A stretch of DNA of 63,993 nt, the filler included, from Sphacelaria rigidula (Eukaryota), in the NCBI GenBank assembly GCA_964200075.2. It is 3 parts of 3 records of this genome, joined end to end, with 100 filler letters (N's around TTAATTAATTAA, not from the genome) between each part and the next. Parts side by side here need not be neighbours in the genome. Positions count along the whole stretch, not along the records: positions 1 to 21,504 come from CAXNAA020000411.1; positions 21,605 to 43,106 come from CAXNAA020000412.1; 1 more part is not named here. One strand, 5' to 3'. Each line of letters starts with the position of its first letter. Positions within the stretch are counted from its first letter, which is position 1. The notes beneath the pieces are model-generated. The model did not search any database, had not been told where the DNA came from, and saw only the letters and a list, made by a program, of their open reading frames with translations. A program made the translations under genes and the position numbers. Positions 13,715-26,000 of this stretch are shown here, piece by piece.

Positions 13715-13916
13715 CCCTTGGACAGCGAGGGCAGGTCATCCATTGAATCGGCATTAATTTCACTCGAAAAGGGTACGCGTGATCCAGGTGGACTACCCTT
13801 GGGTTTAAGGGTTGACCCTTAGACAGCAAAAGTTGGTCATCTGTTAAATCGGCATCAATATAACTTGGAAAAAGTGTGCATGATCGAGTTGGACTACCCG
13901 CATCACGGTCCAAGGG
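13715..13916. mobile_element. Two tandem ~100-bp piggyBac-like MITEs (13715-13811, 13816-13916)
   Basis: Each runs CCCTT...AAGGG; junction tetramers are TTGA, TTGA, TCAA. The internal AATCGGCAT motif is shared with 297-459 and (inverted) 20093-20190. Confidence 0.65.
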
Positions 13917-14912
13917 TCAATCAAGATGTACTTTTTCTTGTTTGAATCCAACAGCAAAGTGATATTCATTGCCTATTCAGCTTACACGTGTACCCCTGAC
14001 GTAGAACTGCAGTTACTCCCGTTTCAAAGTCAAAATACTTTTCTACAAAAAAAAAGTCAAGTATACTAGTCAGGAGTTTGTGACCATCGAAGGTCATCTC
14101 ATCACACACGAGCACGAATGCTCACGCCGATTCCTGGAGTTAGACTCTGGAACTTCGCACACAACTACTATGAAACATCACGCAACTTTTAATAAATGGG
14201 ATATTTCGATTTTTTTCCTCTTTTCGACAATTATCAGGTGTCCCAGAAGGGCACGTGATCCCCAAAAGTCCCCAAAAATAACTGTCGAACAAAAAACGAA
14301 AGGCCCATCCACTGAAAGTTTTGTAATGTTTTTTAGTTAGGGTATGCACATTTTTTTAGAGTGTAACTCTACGAATCGGTGTAAACATTTCACACCCTGG
14401 ACAATATATGGTCAATAGATTCAATAGACGAGAAGTGTACTGCATCAAGTATAGGCCTATTGCAACTATTGCCGGCCAACAATAGCCGCAATAGGCCTAT
14501 ACTTTATGCAGTACGTATCTTGTCTATTGCAACTTTTGACTATATTTTGTCCAAGGTGTGAAACAATTGCACATGAATGAATTTTGAGTGACAGCGCATG
14601 ACCCAGCTCGTATCTCCTTTTCAGTCGTTCGCAGTGCACCTCAAATCTGCATGTGTGGATGTGGTACATCAAGTCACGCGTCTTCACGCCCAATTTCACA
14701 GGAGAGCGGCTTACGAGTTGAACCCTTTCAGCGCCCGACGCTCGACCATCTCCTTTCCAGCGGGGGGTTTGGGACTAACGATTTATGGTGGGAAGACAAC
14801 GCCTCCACATGCAATATCGTCGCCATACGTAAACTGTGCGTTGCTGCAAGCCTTCAATACCAGTACCCGACAGTTCTGAAAGATATGTGCGAAATATTTA
14901 CCCTTACCCGTC

Positions 14913-15150
14913 CGACACTTTCTACGATAGCCCCCCGCGAAAAAGTGCATGGCTTTAGGAGGCAACATCTTCACGTAGATCGACATGGAAAAAGCCGAGC
15001 ACAACCAGCAGTTGGGAATTCTCACGCTTGGGTTCGTTCCAGCCAATGTCGCCAATATGAGGCGCTTCATGCAGCCTGAACCCAAACATCAGGCGCTGCA
15101 TGGTCATTTTTTTCACGACACTTATGGGCTGGTTTTGGGGGGGGGCTGTC
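14913..15150. mobile_element. PIF/Harbinger-like MITE, degraded copy
   Basis: Clearly homologous to 40383-40595. Confidence 0.6.
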
Positions 15151-15671
15151 GTCCCCTGATGTTGTATACCCTTTTGGAAATACCCAGGTGCGGATACGGG
15201 TAGGGGTTTCTGTACAACATTCACACCCTACCCAGAAGATTTTGTACGTTGTGCTAGACTTCCATACCCAGTCTTGTTCCTGTTCAAATAATATGGAGGC
15301 ATTTTAGGGAATTCGAAATTCTGACGCAGGGTTACCTTTGAAACGGTGCTTCTCCGCGTTGTGGAACGTGCGGTGGTTAGGGAGGCACACGACCTTCGAG
15401 GAGGGGTATCCACATTAGCACGATAAGTTGGCGCTAGAGAAAACGTTGGTGGTGGCTGAGGCGCCCACATGGCCCAAAGATGCATGTCACTGTGCAGGGA
15501 AGAAGCGCTTAATACACGACAAGTATCAGGCGCCTCGAAGCTACGACCAACTCGACACCGTGTGCTTCGGGACGACAGCACTGAACTGACTGCACGATGC
15601 GAACTATGCGTTGGCAGGGCTGAAATACCCGCGATCCATCCTTAAAAAATGAAGGTTGCAAGGTTTGTCCT

Positions 15672-15983
15672 GTTTTCTTTCTTCTTCTTTGCACTTCGAA
15701 CCCCTCCCCTTCCTCGGGATGAGTCCGTGGTCTCGAGGGATCAACCCCTCTCTCACCTGGTACGCACCGTACATTTTGGTTTCGCCGATTGGGTCAGCAC
15801 TCCAGCACCGCGTCAACTCAAGTCACACAAACCCAGTCGACTATATCGTTTCACTCACGTCCTCACGCTTTCCACGGTGGAAGTCATACATCACGAAGAA
15901 AAAACCCAAGGCATCGGGAATCGAACCCTCGTTCTCTCCACCGTAATGGCGACAGTCAGACCATCACACCACCGGGGCACGGC
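15672..15983 (-). mobile_element. tRNA-derived SINE (family 1), full length
   Basis: Minus-strand head GCCCCGGTGGTGTGATGGTCTGA...GGGTTCGATTCCCG with Pol III A and B boxes and a (GAA)-rich tail; three copies in the window. Confidence 0.75.
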
Positions 15984-16004
15984 GGCACTGTAGCCTACCT
16001 TTTT

Positions 16005-18570
16005 TGTATACCCAGGGTGTTTTGAGGGGTACTACCCGTATCCGACAGTTCTGTAACTTTGGTAGGATTTTCATATTCCTACGCGATAGGTCAGTAAGTC
16101 CTCTAAGCCTCCCATACCCTTACCGGGGTCGCGGGCATACCCTTACCAAAATATTTGGTTGCGGGTACGGTTTTTTGTGCAACCTCCATACCCTACCCGG
16201 CAAGTTCTGTGACTTCTGGAAGACTTTCATGTTGGTACAGTAACCGACAATTATGTAACTTCTGTGGGGCTTTCATACCGGTACCCAATAGATCAGTAAG
16301 TCCTGTAAACCTCCCATACCCCTACCCCAGGTTTGGGTATACCCCTGTAGATATACCTGATGCAGAGACAAGCCCCGGGATGGGCCCTGGAGAGTTATGG
16401 AAATAGGATTGATTCCGACACAATCTGATAACCTGAACTTGTATCCCGAGCCCCCATCAATTAACCAGTAGAGTTTACCGGGGTAGGGCTGCAAATATCC
16501 ATGGTTGACATTACTCGATGTGAGTGTGAACAACGAGAAACAGAATTTTAGTGGAGCTGACAGTCCTTTGTGCTCCTCGCGTGCGCAGAACGCGTTTTCG
16601 TTGAAATCGGCGCCACAGGCGCCGATTTGGGGTCCACCAAGGCCGCACGTGGCCTAGGGTTAGGGGTGGCGATACTTGAAAAATTGTGTAAACCATGGAC
16701 ACTTGTAGCCCAAAGCCGCTGAAATAGCCTCTCAATGAACCCCCCCTCGTTCTCTCAAGACCACACACACACACACACACAAAAATTCAAACTTGCAAAG
16801 ATACTTGAAAAGATCATACACGGACGGGTTACGGGGTACCGTTGGATGGAAACACGAAACATGAGCAGCAACGCCGGCCTTGAGGACGGATTACGCCACA
16901 GTCGCGCGGTAGCTCGAGTTGGGGCGCTTCATCTGCGCCACCAGGGGGATCAAGTAGCAAGGTACACGTTGATGGTGGTCGTGCCAAATATTGTGTTCTC
17001 CATGCGGTACGGTTTTTGTATACCCGGGGTGTTTTCCCACGTATTATACCCGTACCCGACAGCTTTGTGACTCGTGTAAGACTTTCATACCTGTACCCGA
17101 TGGTTCCGTGAGTTCTGTAAGATTCTCACACCGGTACTCGACGGTTCTGTGCGTTCTGTTAGTCTGCTCTACCTTTACCCGACATTACTGTAAGTTCTGC
17201 AGAAAATGTCTACCCCTACCCGGGGAGCGGGTATACCCTTGCAAAAATACCCGGTTGCGGGTCGGTTTTTCTGTGCAACATTCATACCCTACCCCACAAG
17301 TTCTGTGACATCCGTGAGCTTCCCATACTCTACCCGGCAGGTTCTGTAACTTCTGCAAGACTCTCATACCAGTACCCGATAGTTTTATGAGTTCTGTATG
17401 GAACCTCATACCCTGCCGAACATACCCGTACCCTACAGAACACAACCTTGGAATATTGCACTCAGTCGCACCCCGAGAGCAAGTGAAACAATGAAAAAAA
17501 AATCGCAACACGTTGACAAGGTGAACGACGGAGAAAGCTGAAGATTTTCACGTTGGAGCACCGTCGAGGACAAATGCAAATTGATTTTGAAATAATACAA
17601 CTACAACCGCCAGCTTCGTGCTTAGCCTATCGTAATGTCGGAGCTGGCTCTGTACTGTGTGTGAGGAATATTGCCCCCTTTCCGAACAGCTGCACAACGG
17701 TCCTTGGCAGAAGACACTGCCCTCTTCGACTCGGCTGTACGGTCACGTCTGGCGCGCGACGGCGTGTAGACACCAGGGGCAGCAACCTCGAAGATATGAT
17801 GGAAGCCTGAATGGCGGCTGCTATCTGTATTACTGCGAGCGTCCACCAATAAGCGGACCGAGTAAGACGACTTTGCTGGCGAATTCTCTGCCGCTGCCTC
17901 TGAGTCGATTGGAAATTGTACCAACTGTACCGCCTGCATATTTTCGAAAATGAACACTATACCGGCACCAGACAGTTTCTTCACCTCTGGCAGGAAACTC
18001 ATACCCTACCGAGCGCATCAGTACCCTCCAGAACACGGCATTAAATATTTGTGTATCTATGTTCATACTCCCGAGTATATGACAGTACCGTTCATGATAT
18101 CCGGCATATTTGGTGCTCATTGGAGGTATATTTTACAGTAATATAAAGCCAAGTATACCGGGAACCTCGACTTTTTGATACCTCCATTGCTACGTCATAT
18201 ATTGGAATTTGGGACATGATATTTGATCATTGATACCGTGACTATATATATATCACTATATATATGTATATATATGTTGATTAATCACCATTTATATATT
18301 GAAGTAGATAGATAAATCACAACAGTAAACCAAATGATCCAAGGTTGTGTTCTGTAGGGTACGGGTATGTTTTGTAGGGTGTGGGATTCCTTACGGACCT
18401 TACATAAATGTATTGGTAAGGTAATGATAATATTATTAAATAATTAAATAATTCAATGATTAAAGATTGCTTGAGGATGTATGGTTGGATGGGATGGTTA
18501 GGATTGAATTTTATTTTTTGGACGAGGAAAAGACAATATATCGGGTACCGGTATGACAGTGTGACGGACA
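16005..18570. repeat. Cluster of fragments of a repeat family with ~41-bp internal units (ACCCTACCCGACAGTTCTGTAACTTCTG-like)
   Basis: The motif recurs many times at 16005-16380, 17005-17452, 17960-18035 and 18340-18570, and also at 15170-15270, 34410-35400 and 47270-47770. Confidence 0.7.
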
Positions 18571-18574
18571 TTAA

Positions 18575-20088
18575 CCCTTTTGGAACTCACAATGGAAAAT
18601 TGATCATTTGCAATTGACGATTTTTGAGCAAGATATGGTTGATGGTTCATAGCTTAGACGCAACAATTTTGGCTAAACGCGCATTTTTCAGACCCGTACG
18701 AATGACAAATGGAACAAAAGAAGGTTGCCTATTTTCTTGCTGCGATCCGTCGGCTTTTTTTCTACACTCATGAGGTCCTTGCTCGGTCACAGTGCGCGGC
18801 AGGCCTCTGTGAAGTATGCTTCCCGCCTGACCTGCACGCCTTGCCCGCTGCAGTTTATACTCTTTGCAGTGTCAGAGCAACACGGGCAACGCCGATGGCA
18901 CATTCGCTAAATGTATGAACTGGTGGTATGCAATCCCAGGCATTTACCTTTCCGTGCCGCCGGGGGTGCTGCGACACTGCCCTGTACAGTACTGGGTGTG
19001 ATCACAGCAGTTTGAGGTAATCTCGACTGCAGACTCACGTCATGCGCAACATCGCGCTCATGCACGTTCCGGCAGCACCATCCCGCCCTTTGAAAATGGG
19101 TAAAGGCGATGCAGACGCCGTGTGCCCTGCAGTTATGCACAGTCACTGTGGTGTAGAGTCTGCCAAGTGCCGTCGCCCCAGGGGTAAAATACCTTACTGC
19201 TTCGTGTCATGTCTGTATTGTATTTTGAAAATATCTCTGTACAACGCGGGGCATGCACAGAACTGCGCTCTGCCAAGTACGTGCCGACAACATCATACTT
19301 CGGACTGACTATTACACAACGGCGTAGCGAAAGGCACAGTTGCCCCACCACATCTATACCGCGGGTTGATCGTTCCCGACCGTTGCATAGACATACTTAT
19401 GCTGCATGAGATTCATGACGCCGGCTACCGCTATCGTCTCGTGCCGTCTACTCTCGTGGCCGGCTTTTCACGACATGCCCATATTTATCTTGCATGGAGT
19501 GTAGCCGCAAGTCAATACTGTCACCAACTGCATTTACCGACTGTGATGTTTTTCATCTGGCCAGATTACGGTAGGCGGTGTCCGTCGGCTCCCTCCCGTG
19601 TACATGTATATCGCCTGTTCGGACGCCTGCGATTACGTCCGCCATGTACCGCCCGCACAACCCACTGTGCCTTCCACATGTGGTGACGGGATTTCGCTGG
19701 GTTCAGCCATACTGTGCTGTATGTACGGTGTGGCTTGGCAAACTCGCCACCCGATGCTGCAGCCCGTCAAAGCGGTGCTTCCCTTGTGTACCAATGCTAA
19801 TATACAAACGTGCCCGGTTGGACCCTGGAGCCCATTGCTATTTTTTGAATGGAATGTTTCATGGTTTTGCTAATTATTGTCGATGGATATGATTGGACAC
19901 ATTTCATCCGTTGCGTGGTATGATTGGACAGACCTTACCCAAATGTTCCAGGGAGGACATTCTTCTTCGGGCTTCCATTATAAAAATGGTTGTCGTCGGC
20001 CTATTCTGTTTCCATGTTTTCCTCTTCGTCAGAGCTTTTCAATATGAGGCGTTTGGCCAGGGGACAGGAGGGGAGGGTTCCAAAAGGG
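18575..20088. mobile_element. 1.5-kb non-autonomous piggyBac-like element
   Basis: TTAA-CCCTTTTGGAAC ... GTTCCAAAAGGG-TTAA: perfect 12-bp TIR and TTAA target duplication; no transposase ORF. Confidence 0.75.
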
Positions 20089-20092
20089 TTAA

Positions 20093-20190
20093 CCTTTAGA
20101 CCGCGAGATTAGTCTTTCTGGATCATGCATACCCCTTTTCACTTGAAATTGATGCCGATTCAACAGAAGACTAACCTCGCGGTTGAAGGG
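20093..20190. mobile_element. 98-bp piggyBac-like MITE sharing a TTAA with the previous element
   Basis: TTAA-CCTTTAGACCGCGAGATTAGTCT ... AGACTAACCTCGCGGTTGAAGGG-TTAA. Confidence 0.75.
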
Positions 20191-21504
20191 TTAAGCCGCC
20201 GTGTCTTATCAAGTTTTCTTCGCCTCGAATGAGTTCGTGCGGCGGAACTGACTCAGTTCGCGTTGCTATGTTTGGGTCCGAGCGAATTTGCACGCTTTGA
20301 GCGGAAAAGGCTAAGTGAAATTCGTGAAGCGGTACTTCTTTACTTACATTTAGTACAGTACAGCAGTATAGTTCACCACTTGGGCGGGTGGGGATAGTTC
20401 TCGGAAAATTCACGATATGGGAGCAGGTGAGCGTGAATATCATTATTATTTTGGGCAAACCGAGCGAGGTGATGATGATCACAATTATTCTTTTCCCATG
20501 AGAATCAAATCTGGAACCACAGACGTAAGCTGCCCGCCACCTCTTCTCGTGATGGACAGTCCCGGATCAACTGCATCACTTTTGAGCACGAACTCACACA
20601 CAGGTCATACACACGACATTCCCGAAACAATTGCGCTGCTCTTCAGCAGCACCGAGCAAATACAGTTGGCACACACACTCAATATAGCTAGCACACACAC
20701 ACAATACAGCTAGCACACATACACCCTCTGTTTGTCTGTCTGTCTGCCTTTCTCTCTCTCTTTCTCTCTCGCTCACACACACACATACACACATTGTAGT
20801 AAATTTCCTGAAGGAGCTGGTGTCGCGTTTCCGATGGCTGTATTTTGTAGAGTGGGGTCGGGTGACGCTCACAGGTTTTCACAGGATACTTTTTTCATCT
20901 CATGTCCATTGATCATCCTCAACGTAAGCCTATCACGCTGAATCGCATGCAATTATACTGGTGAGACGATAGATCGGCGAAGCTTTCTCGCAAAAATAAA
21001 ACAGAATAATAAAAAAGAAGAAAAGTACAAAACGAGAAAAAAGGAACAGAAAAACGACAGAAGCAACGGCCTCAGAAAGGAAAGAAGGGGGGGCGGCGAT
21101 AACAACAAAAACACACCACCACCACCAACAACAACAACATCAACAACAATCAACAGTAACAACATTAACAACAAAATAACGACAAACACAAACACAAGCA
21201 CGATATCATCGTTATAAGCAGTAACGTCTGTTCGGACGCGCCTGGTTCCAATAAAACACAGTGCTTCATAATGGTCAACACTGTTCCGTCCTGAACAAAG
21301 CGCACCGCGACTGTTTTAGGTCCTGCGACACACCTGGCTGTGAGGCTCGACGTTGAGGTATTGAAATAACCCCCTCCCCTTTCGTAGCATCGGTCATTTT
21401 TTCATTTGCTGCACTTTTCTAGAGAGATATATATATATATATAAATACTTTCTCTGTCCCATAAGTCTGTATCGTTATGTTTGTACGAGCCCTTAACGAT
21501 GTCC

Positions 21505-21604
21505 NNNNNNNNNNNNNNNNNNNNNNNNNNNNNNNNNNNNNNNNNNNNTTAATTAATTAANNNNNNNNNNNNNNNNNNNNNNNNNNNNNNNNNNNNNNNN
21601 NNNN
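21505..21604. other. Assembly gap with artificial TTAATTAATTAA linker
   Basis: N44-TTAATTAATTAA-N44, identical in layout to the second gap. Confidence 0.97.
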
Positions 21605-23091
21605 AACGCCACCCGCCGCCAACCCCATCGGGGGTCCGCCCCTGCAAAAGGGGGGGGGGGGGGGGGGGGGGAATAAAAATCGGAAAATATTTGAAGACGG
21701 TGCACGAGGATGCGAACAAAATGCGCCATCTCTCCCTGTAAGCTCCGAAGAGAGAGTGAAAATATAGTCGTTATTTTAGTGATGGAGGAAAAAGTTGGAC
21801 TAGAGATGTTACGTTCTTCTGAGACGGGCCCGATTTTTCGTTTAACTTGAAAAACAAGGTAATGAGAGGGAAAGAAGAGATGTAACAAAAAACGTTTTGG
21901 AAACACATGTCGGGACCAAACCCGTTATCCATCTCAGCTCCTAAGATAGACACGACACACGGTTCTCTTGACGCTTGACAGAAGACATGCACCCTACCTC
22001 ATGTTTTGGGGTTCCCGCTTTTTGTCTCAACCAAACATTAAAGAGAAAAGGGGGGGAGGCGGGGCGTACTCATTTGCGGCTTGGTTTAGTCGTTCGACCA
22101 TTGACTATGCATCCCTTTCGAGGCGGAGCAAAGAGGGGGAAGGAGGGAAGAGCAAAAACGGGGGAAGGAAAGGAGCTATCAAGAAAAAAAGCGAAATGTT
22201 GTATCCGGACGAAACACAACCGACCCGGTCAGTCCCTGAGAGAGAAGAGGAATGAAGTTAGTTTATGTCTGGAGAGGAGAGTCGAATTCCACCTATCTAA
22301 CGTTTTTCTTGGGAGACCGAATTGTACCCGAACCAAGAGAAGAAAAATAGCGGGAGGGAAATAGTATAGAGGGAAAAAAAGGTACACACGTGAAGACAAC
22401 GTGTTGGGACGACAACTCCTGCCAGAACGCAGCTCACTTCTCATGCGACTCGCTGAACAAATCACGGCGCTTCGCGGTTGGCGAGTGAATGTGAGCCTGG
22501 TCCGGCCAAGACCCAGCGTGCTCCGTCCCGTCTTTGTAGGGAGTGGAGATTTTTTTGTACCATGCAAGATCATGAGCACACCCTTGTCAGCTCCTGGTTT
22601 AAGAGAGAAGGGAAGTAATGGAGTTTCTCTTAGCTCTCGAGGGAAAAGAATGCACTCTGCCAACATTTCTTACAGAACTGGCGTTTTTCTGTACCAGAAA
22701 AAAAGAAGGGGAGGAAACATAGGGACAAATACGCGAAGGGAGAAAGGCGAAAGAAATGTTGGAGGAAGAGAGGAAGCAAAATGGAGTTCTTCAGCCCAGC
22801 GCTCGAGAGAAACGCCGCTGCTGCGCTTGGGTATTGAAAAAATCGATACAATTCCACGATGCAGATGGAGTCATTCCGTACGCCTATCAAGCATCAAGTT
22901 AGTTAATCAGCAGCCGAGTGTGCCTCACTGGGTGCTTCGCGCTTTTTTCGTGACTTGACAATGTTTCGAATGACACATGAACTTTATGTGAACGATAGTG
23001 AGAGCCTGTCCGAGCTCGAGAGGGTGCATGAAATGGAACGCTGTCAGCGACCGAGAGATTCTTGTGCTGTGTGTGCTCCGACGAAAGTCGA

Positions 23092-26000
23092 ATGAAGAGG
23101 TCAATGCATGAAACCGGAAATCCCTTCTTCGCGCAGCGGCTGTTAGTGAACATATACGGCATCGACTACACGTCGTACCTCGAAAACACGATACGAGTCC
23201 CCCGCTTTATCCTCTCACCGCGCTTTACTACATGATGACTCCGCGAAACACGCCCAGTTTGCCACAGCTGCTTCCCCACTGCTTGGTCAGAGACACGATG
23301 AACATTGAAGCTGGCGTCAACATTGACATTCTACGTTGCTTTGTCTCCCATGCCGTTCTATCGTCAACAGGCGGAGAACTACCACATCTCTTGGATACCG
23401 GGTAACTGCTCGCCGATTCTCACCAGGAAAGAGCTATCTCACCGTTTCAAGGAAATGAAACGTATCGGCGCGGGTGGTCAAGGGACCGTGTACGAAGGTA
23501 ATATCGGGCTCGTTACACCTGCGTACCAACCTGCATAAACTTGACCCGAAGACAACGGTGCCATTGATATACATTCGCTTGGGTTGTGATTTTCAAAAAC
23601 GCACGTAAGACTGGGGAGGATGCTTGTCCTGGGCATACACGGATGACAACTGGTACACGTTGTCTCACGATATGCACATGCTCAACGTACGGCTGATAAC
23701 AACCGTACCACGTACATGTATTCAAGACGCATCTCAAGATATGTGCAGACTTTCAAAGGTCGTACGACGCGACTCGGGTTGAGGAGATGCGCATTCATAA
23801 CCTGACTAACGTCGTACATACGTAATCTACCTGCCTGTAATCTGGAGACACTGGGATATGCGGATGACGCGGGATAATACGCGAAATCATTCACCAGCCA
23901 TAGCTAGCGCATTTCAGATTTTTCTGTCCAGGGGCGCCGTTGTATCAATCGCGCCTTTCTCGTCCACTACAGCATGTGATATTGTCAGCTACGATCGAAC
24001 ATTTCATTTGCTTGTGAGGTATACCGCTAGCTTGTCCTTCGGCGATGACCCTGTGTGCAAACCTGTCACCGATAGACGTAACTCCTAGTACGATGTTAGG
24101 GCGATAGCGACGAGTCTTGAGATTTTAAGCCAAGGCCAACGGCAGGCGTATCTGGATCTACCGATGGAGAGATGCGTTGACCGAATTCACATGTTGAACG
24201 GTATTGGATGCCAGCGAGTACTGCTAATCATAGTTTTTCTTCATGTGTGCATGGTAGTTTCTGGGGGCTTGTGCCCCTGCCAACGCTGCTACCAGTATGC
24301 AGGAAGGGGAAAGTTGCCCGTGGATGCGTCATCCAGTCGACGCATGGGTCCGATTTCCTTTGTATTTCCCGCTGCTTGTTGGTGTTGTGTTGTTGGAGGG
24401 TTGCATGGTTGGAGGTGAGGGCAGCAGAGGCAGAGAATACTGACCCGGAGGAGGTCGTTGTTCTGCGATATGTTCCAACATTACCATGACGTCACGACAA
24501 ACATTCATGCGGATTTGCTGTGCTTGCGAATGGAGGGTACGTTCGAAAAAATGCAGCTGGTCCCAACAGGGTGTACATACGGTGTTGAGAGCAGTGGCGC
24601 CGTTCCTGGGTACGCTTCTGAAGAGAAACGTCCTACTAACGTTTGGCCCTTGCCCGATTGGTCTTTCACCCTCTGCCGATGTGATCGGTTCCGTATCGTC
24701 CGAAGAAAACAACAAACATAACCAGACACCGCGCTGACTCTGTGTTATAAGAGTCATAGAGGCTCTCAAGGGTCCCCACCACGTCCCAGGATCTGCTCCG
24801 CATGTCACTGTGCGATGCACTGTGGCCATACTTCCTGCTGCGTCTGCCCCGACTTTCCCTGCTGTTCCCCACGCCATCCTCTCTTGTCCAGCAGCCGTGG
24901 ATCGGAACACGGGCGAGCGGTGCGCTCTCAAGGTTATCAAGGGTGGCTCTAGTGAACGGGAACGCCGAAGTGTAAGCCAGCCCTACTTACGAGGAAACAA
25001 GATAGAGACGCACGTTGTGCCACCACGTCACATGCCACCACCGCTTTCCTCGAGTTTGCACAACAACGCCGAGTCGATTTCTCCGCTTTTATTGTTTTGT
25101 GGCAAACTCACTAAAAAATGACGCATAGCGGAGCAGAGGTGTTGATGCACGCTCCTGCAAGTATCACGCTGAGCGTACTTCCTGTTTCCGCTTGCTCAGG
25201 TGTGCAGCCTCACCTACAAGAGAGCGGGAAAGGAAACTGCCCCGCACAATCTCTGCTCTCTGAGAGACGAAAATCCTTCGCTCCTTGAGCCCCGCGAACG
25301 TGTACTACTGTATCACTAATCCCACAAGAGCGAGGGTATTCTGCAAAACCTCCAGGGCCTCACCCCCGATGCTTTTGCCGTTCGTACCTCGGCCGACCCT
25401 TGAGCTGCACGCGTGTAGGTCGCTGCGTGCGTGAAGCGCGAGATCCGGATGATGCAGACATCCGCAGAGGGAAACAGGCAGAGCGTCGTGGGGTGAGCGT
25501 GTGAAGAGTCTCTCGAGCATACGGATTTGTTGATGAGTATCTTCCAAGCAACCGTTTTTGGTGCTGTTTCTGGGTAAGTGACATGTGTATGCGTAGCTTG
25601 TGGTCGTTCGAGAAAAGCTTCTGATTTTGGTCATGACAAGAGGAAACTGCGACATACACCCTGTCATAATCAACTACCGACATAGCGGGTCGAAGCGAGA
25701 CTTCTGAACGTCGGGTACGAAAACAGGATACGCGGAGATACCGGTACGGTGATCATCAAGTGTATCGAGTATCGAGACAGATCATTGACGAATACTGCAG
25801 CCTATCTACGCTTGTTCCATTTTATGTCTTGTACAACGACGAACAGATTCAAGGGCTACATCCGTTGCAAGAATTCCCACGTCATTCTGATGGAGTTCGC
25901 TGAAGGGGCGGATCTTTTTGAATTTCGTAAGAAGATCGCAACGGCGTCACGCACTCGAAATCTGCCTCTTGCCATGGTCAAGAAAATCGCTCGAGGCGTC

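Noticed and set aside
15910-15983. tRNA genes (also about 35810-35880 and 55480-55550)
   Set aside because: A and B boxes are present but I could not build a complete cloverleaf, and each is fused to a shared ~250-bp body and tail, as expected for SINE heads.
17622-17933. Isolated exon-like segment on the minus strand (CAG|AVQLVQFPIDSE...)
   Set aside because: Flanked by repeats, with no phase-compatible partner exons and no recognisable domain.
20953-21201. Hydrophobic membrane-protein-like ORF
   Set aside because: It is simply the antisense reading of (AAC)n and A-rich microsatellite sequence.
21549-21560. TTAATTAATTAA palindrome in both N-gaps (also 43151-43162)
   Set aside because: Identical 44N-12-44N layout and stops in all six frames mark it as a scaffolding linker, not biology.
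22229-22958. 185-aa and 145-aa ORFs upstream of the kinase
   Set aside because: Purine-rich low-complexity sequence with no recognisable motif; at most 5' UTR or promoter sequence.
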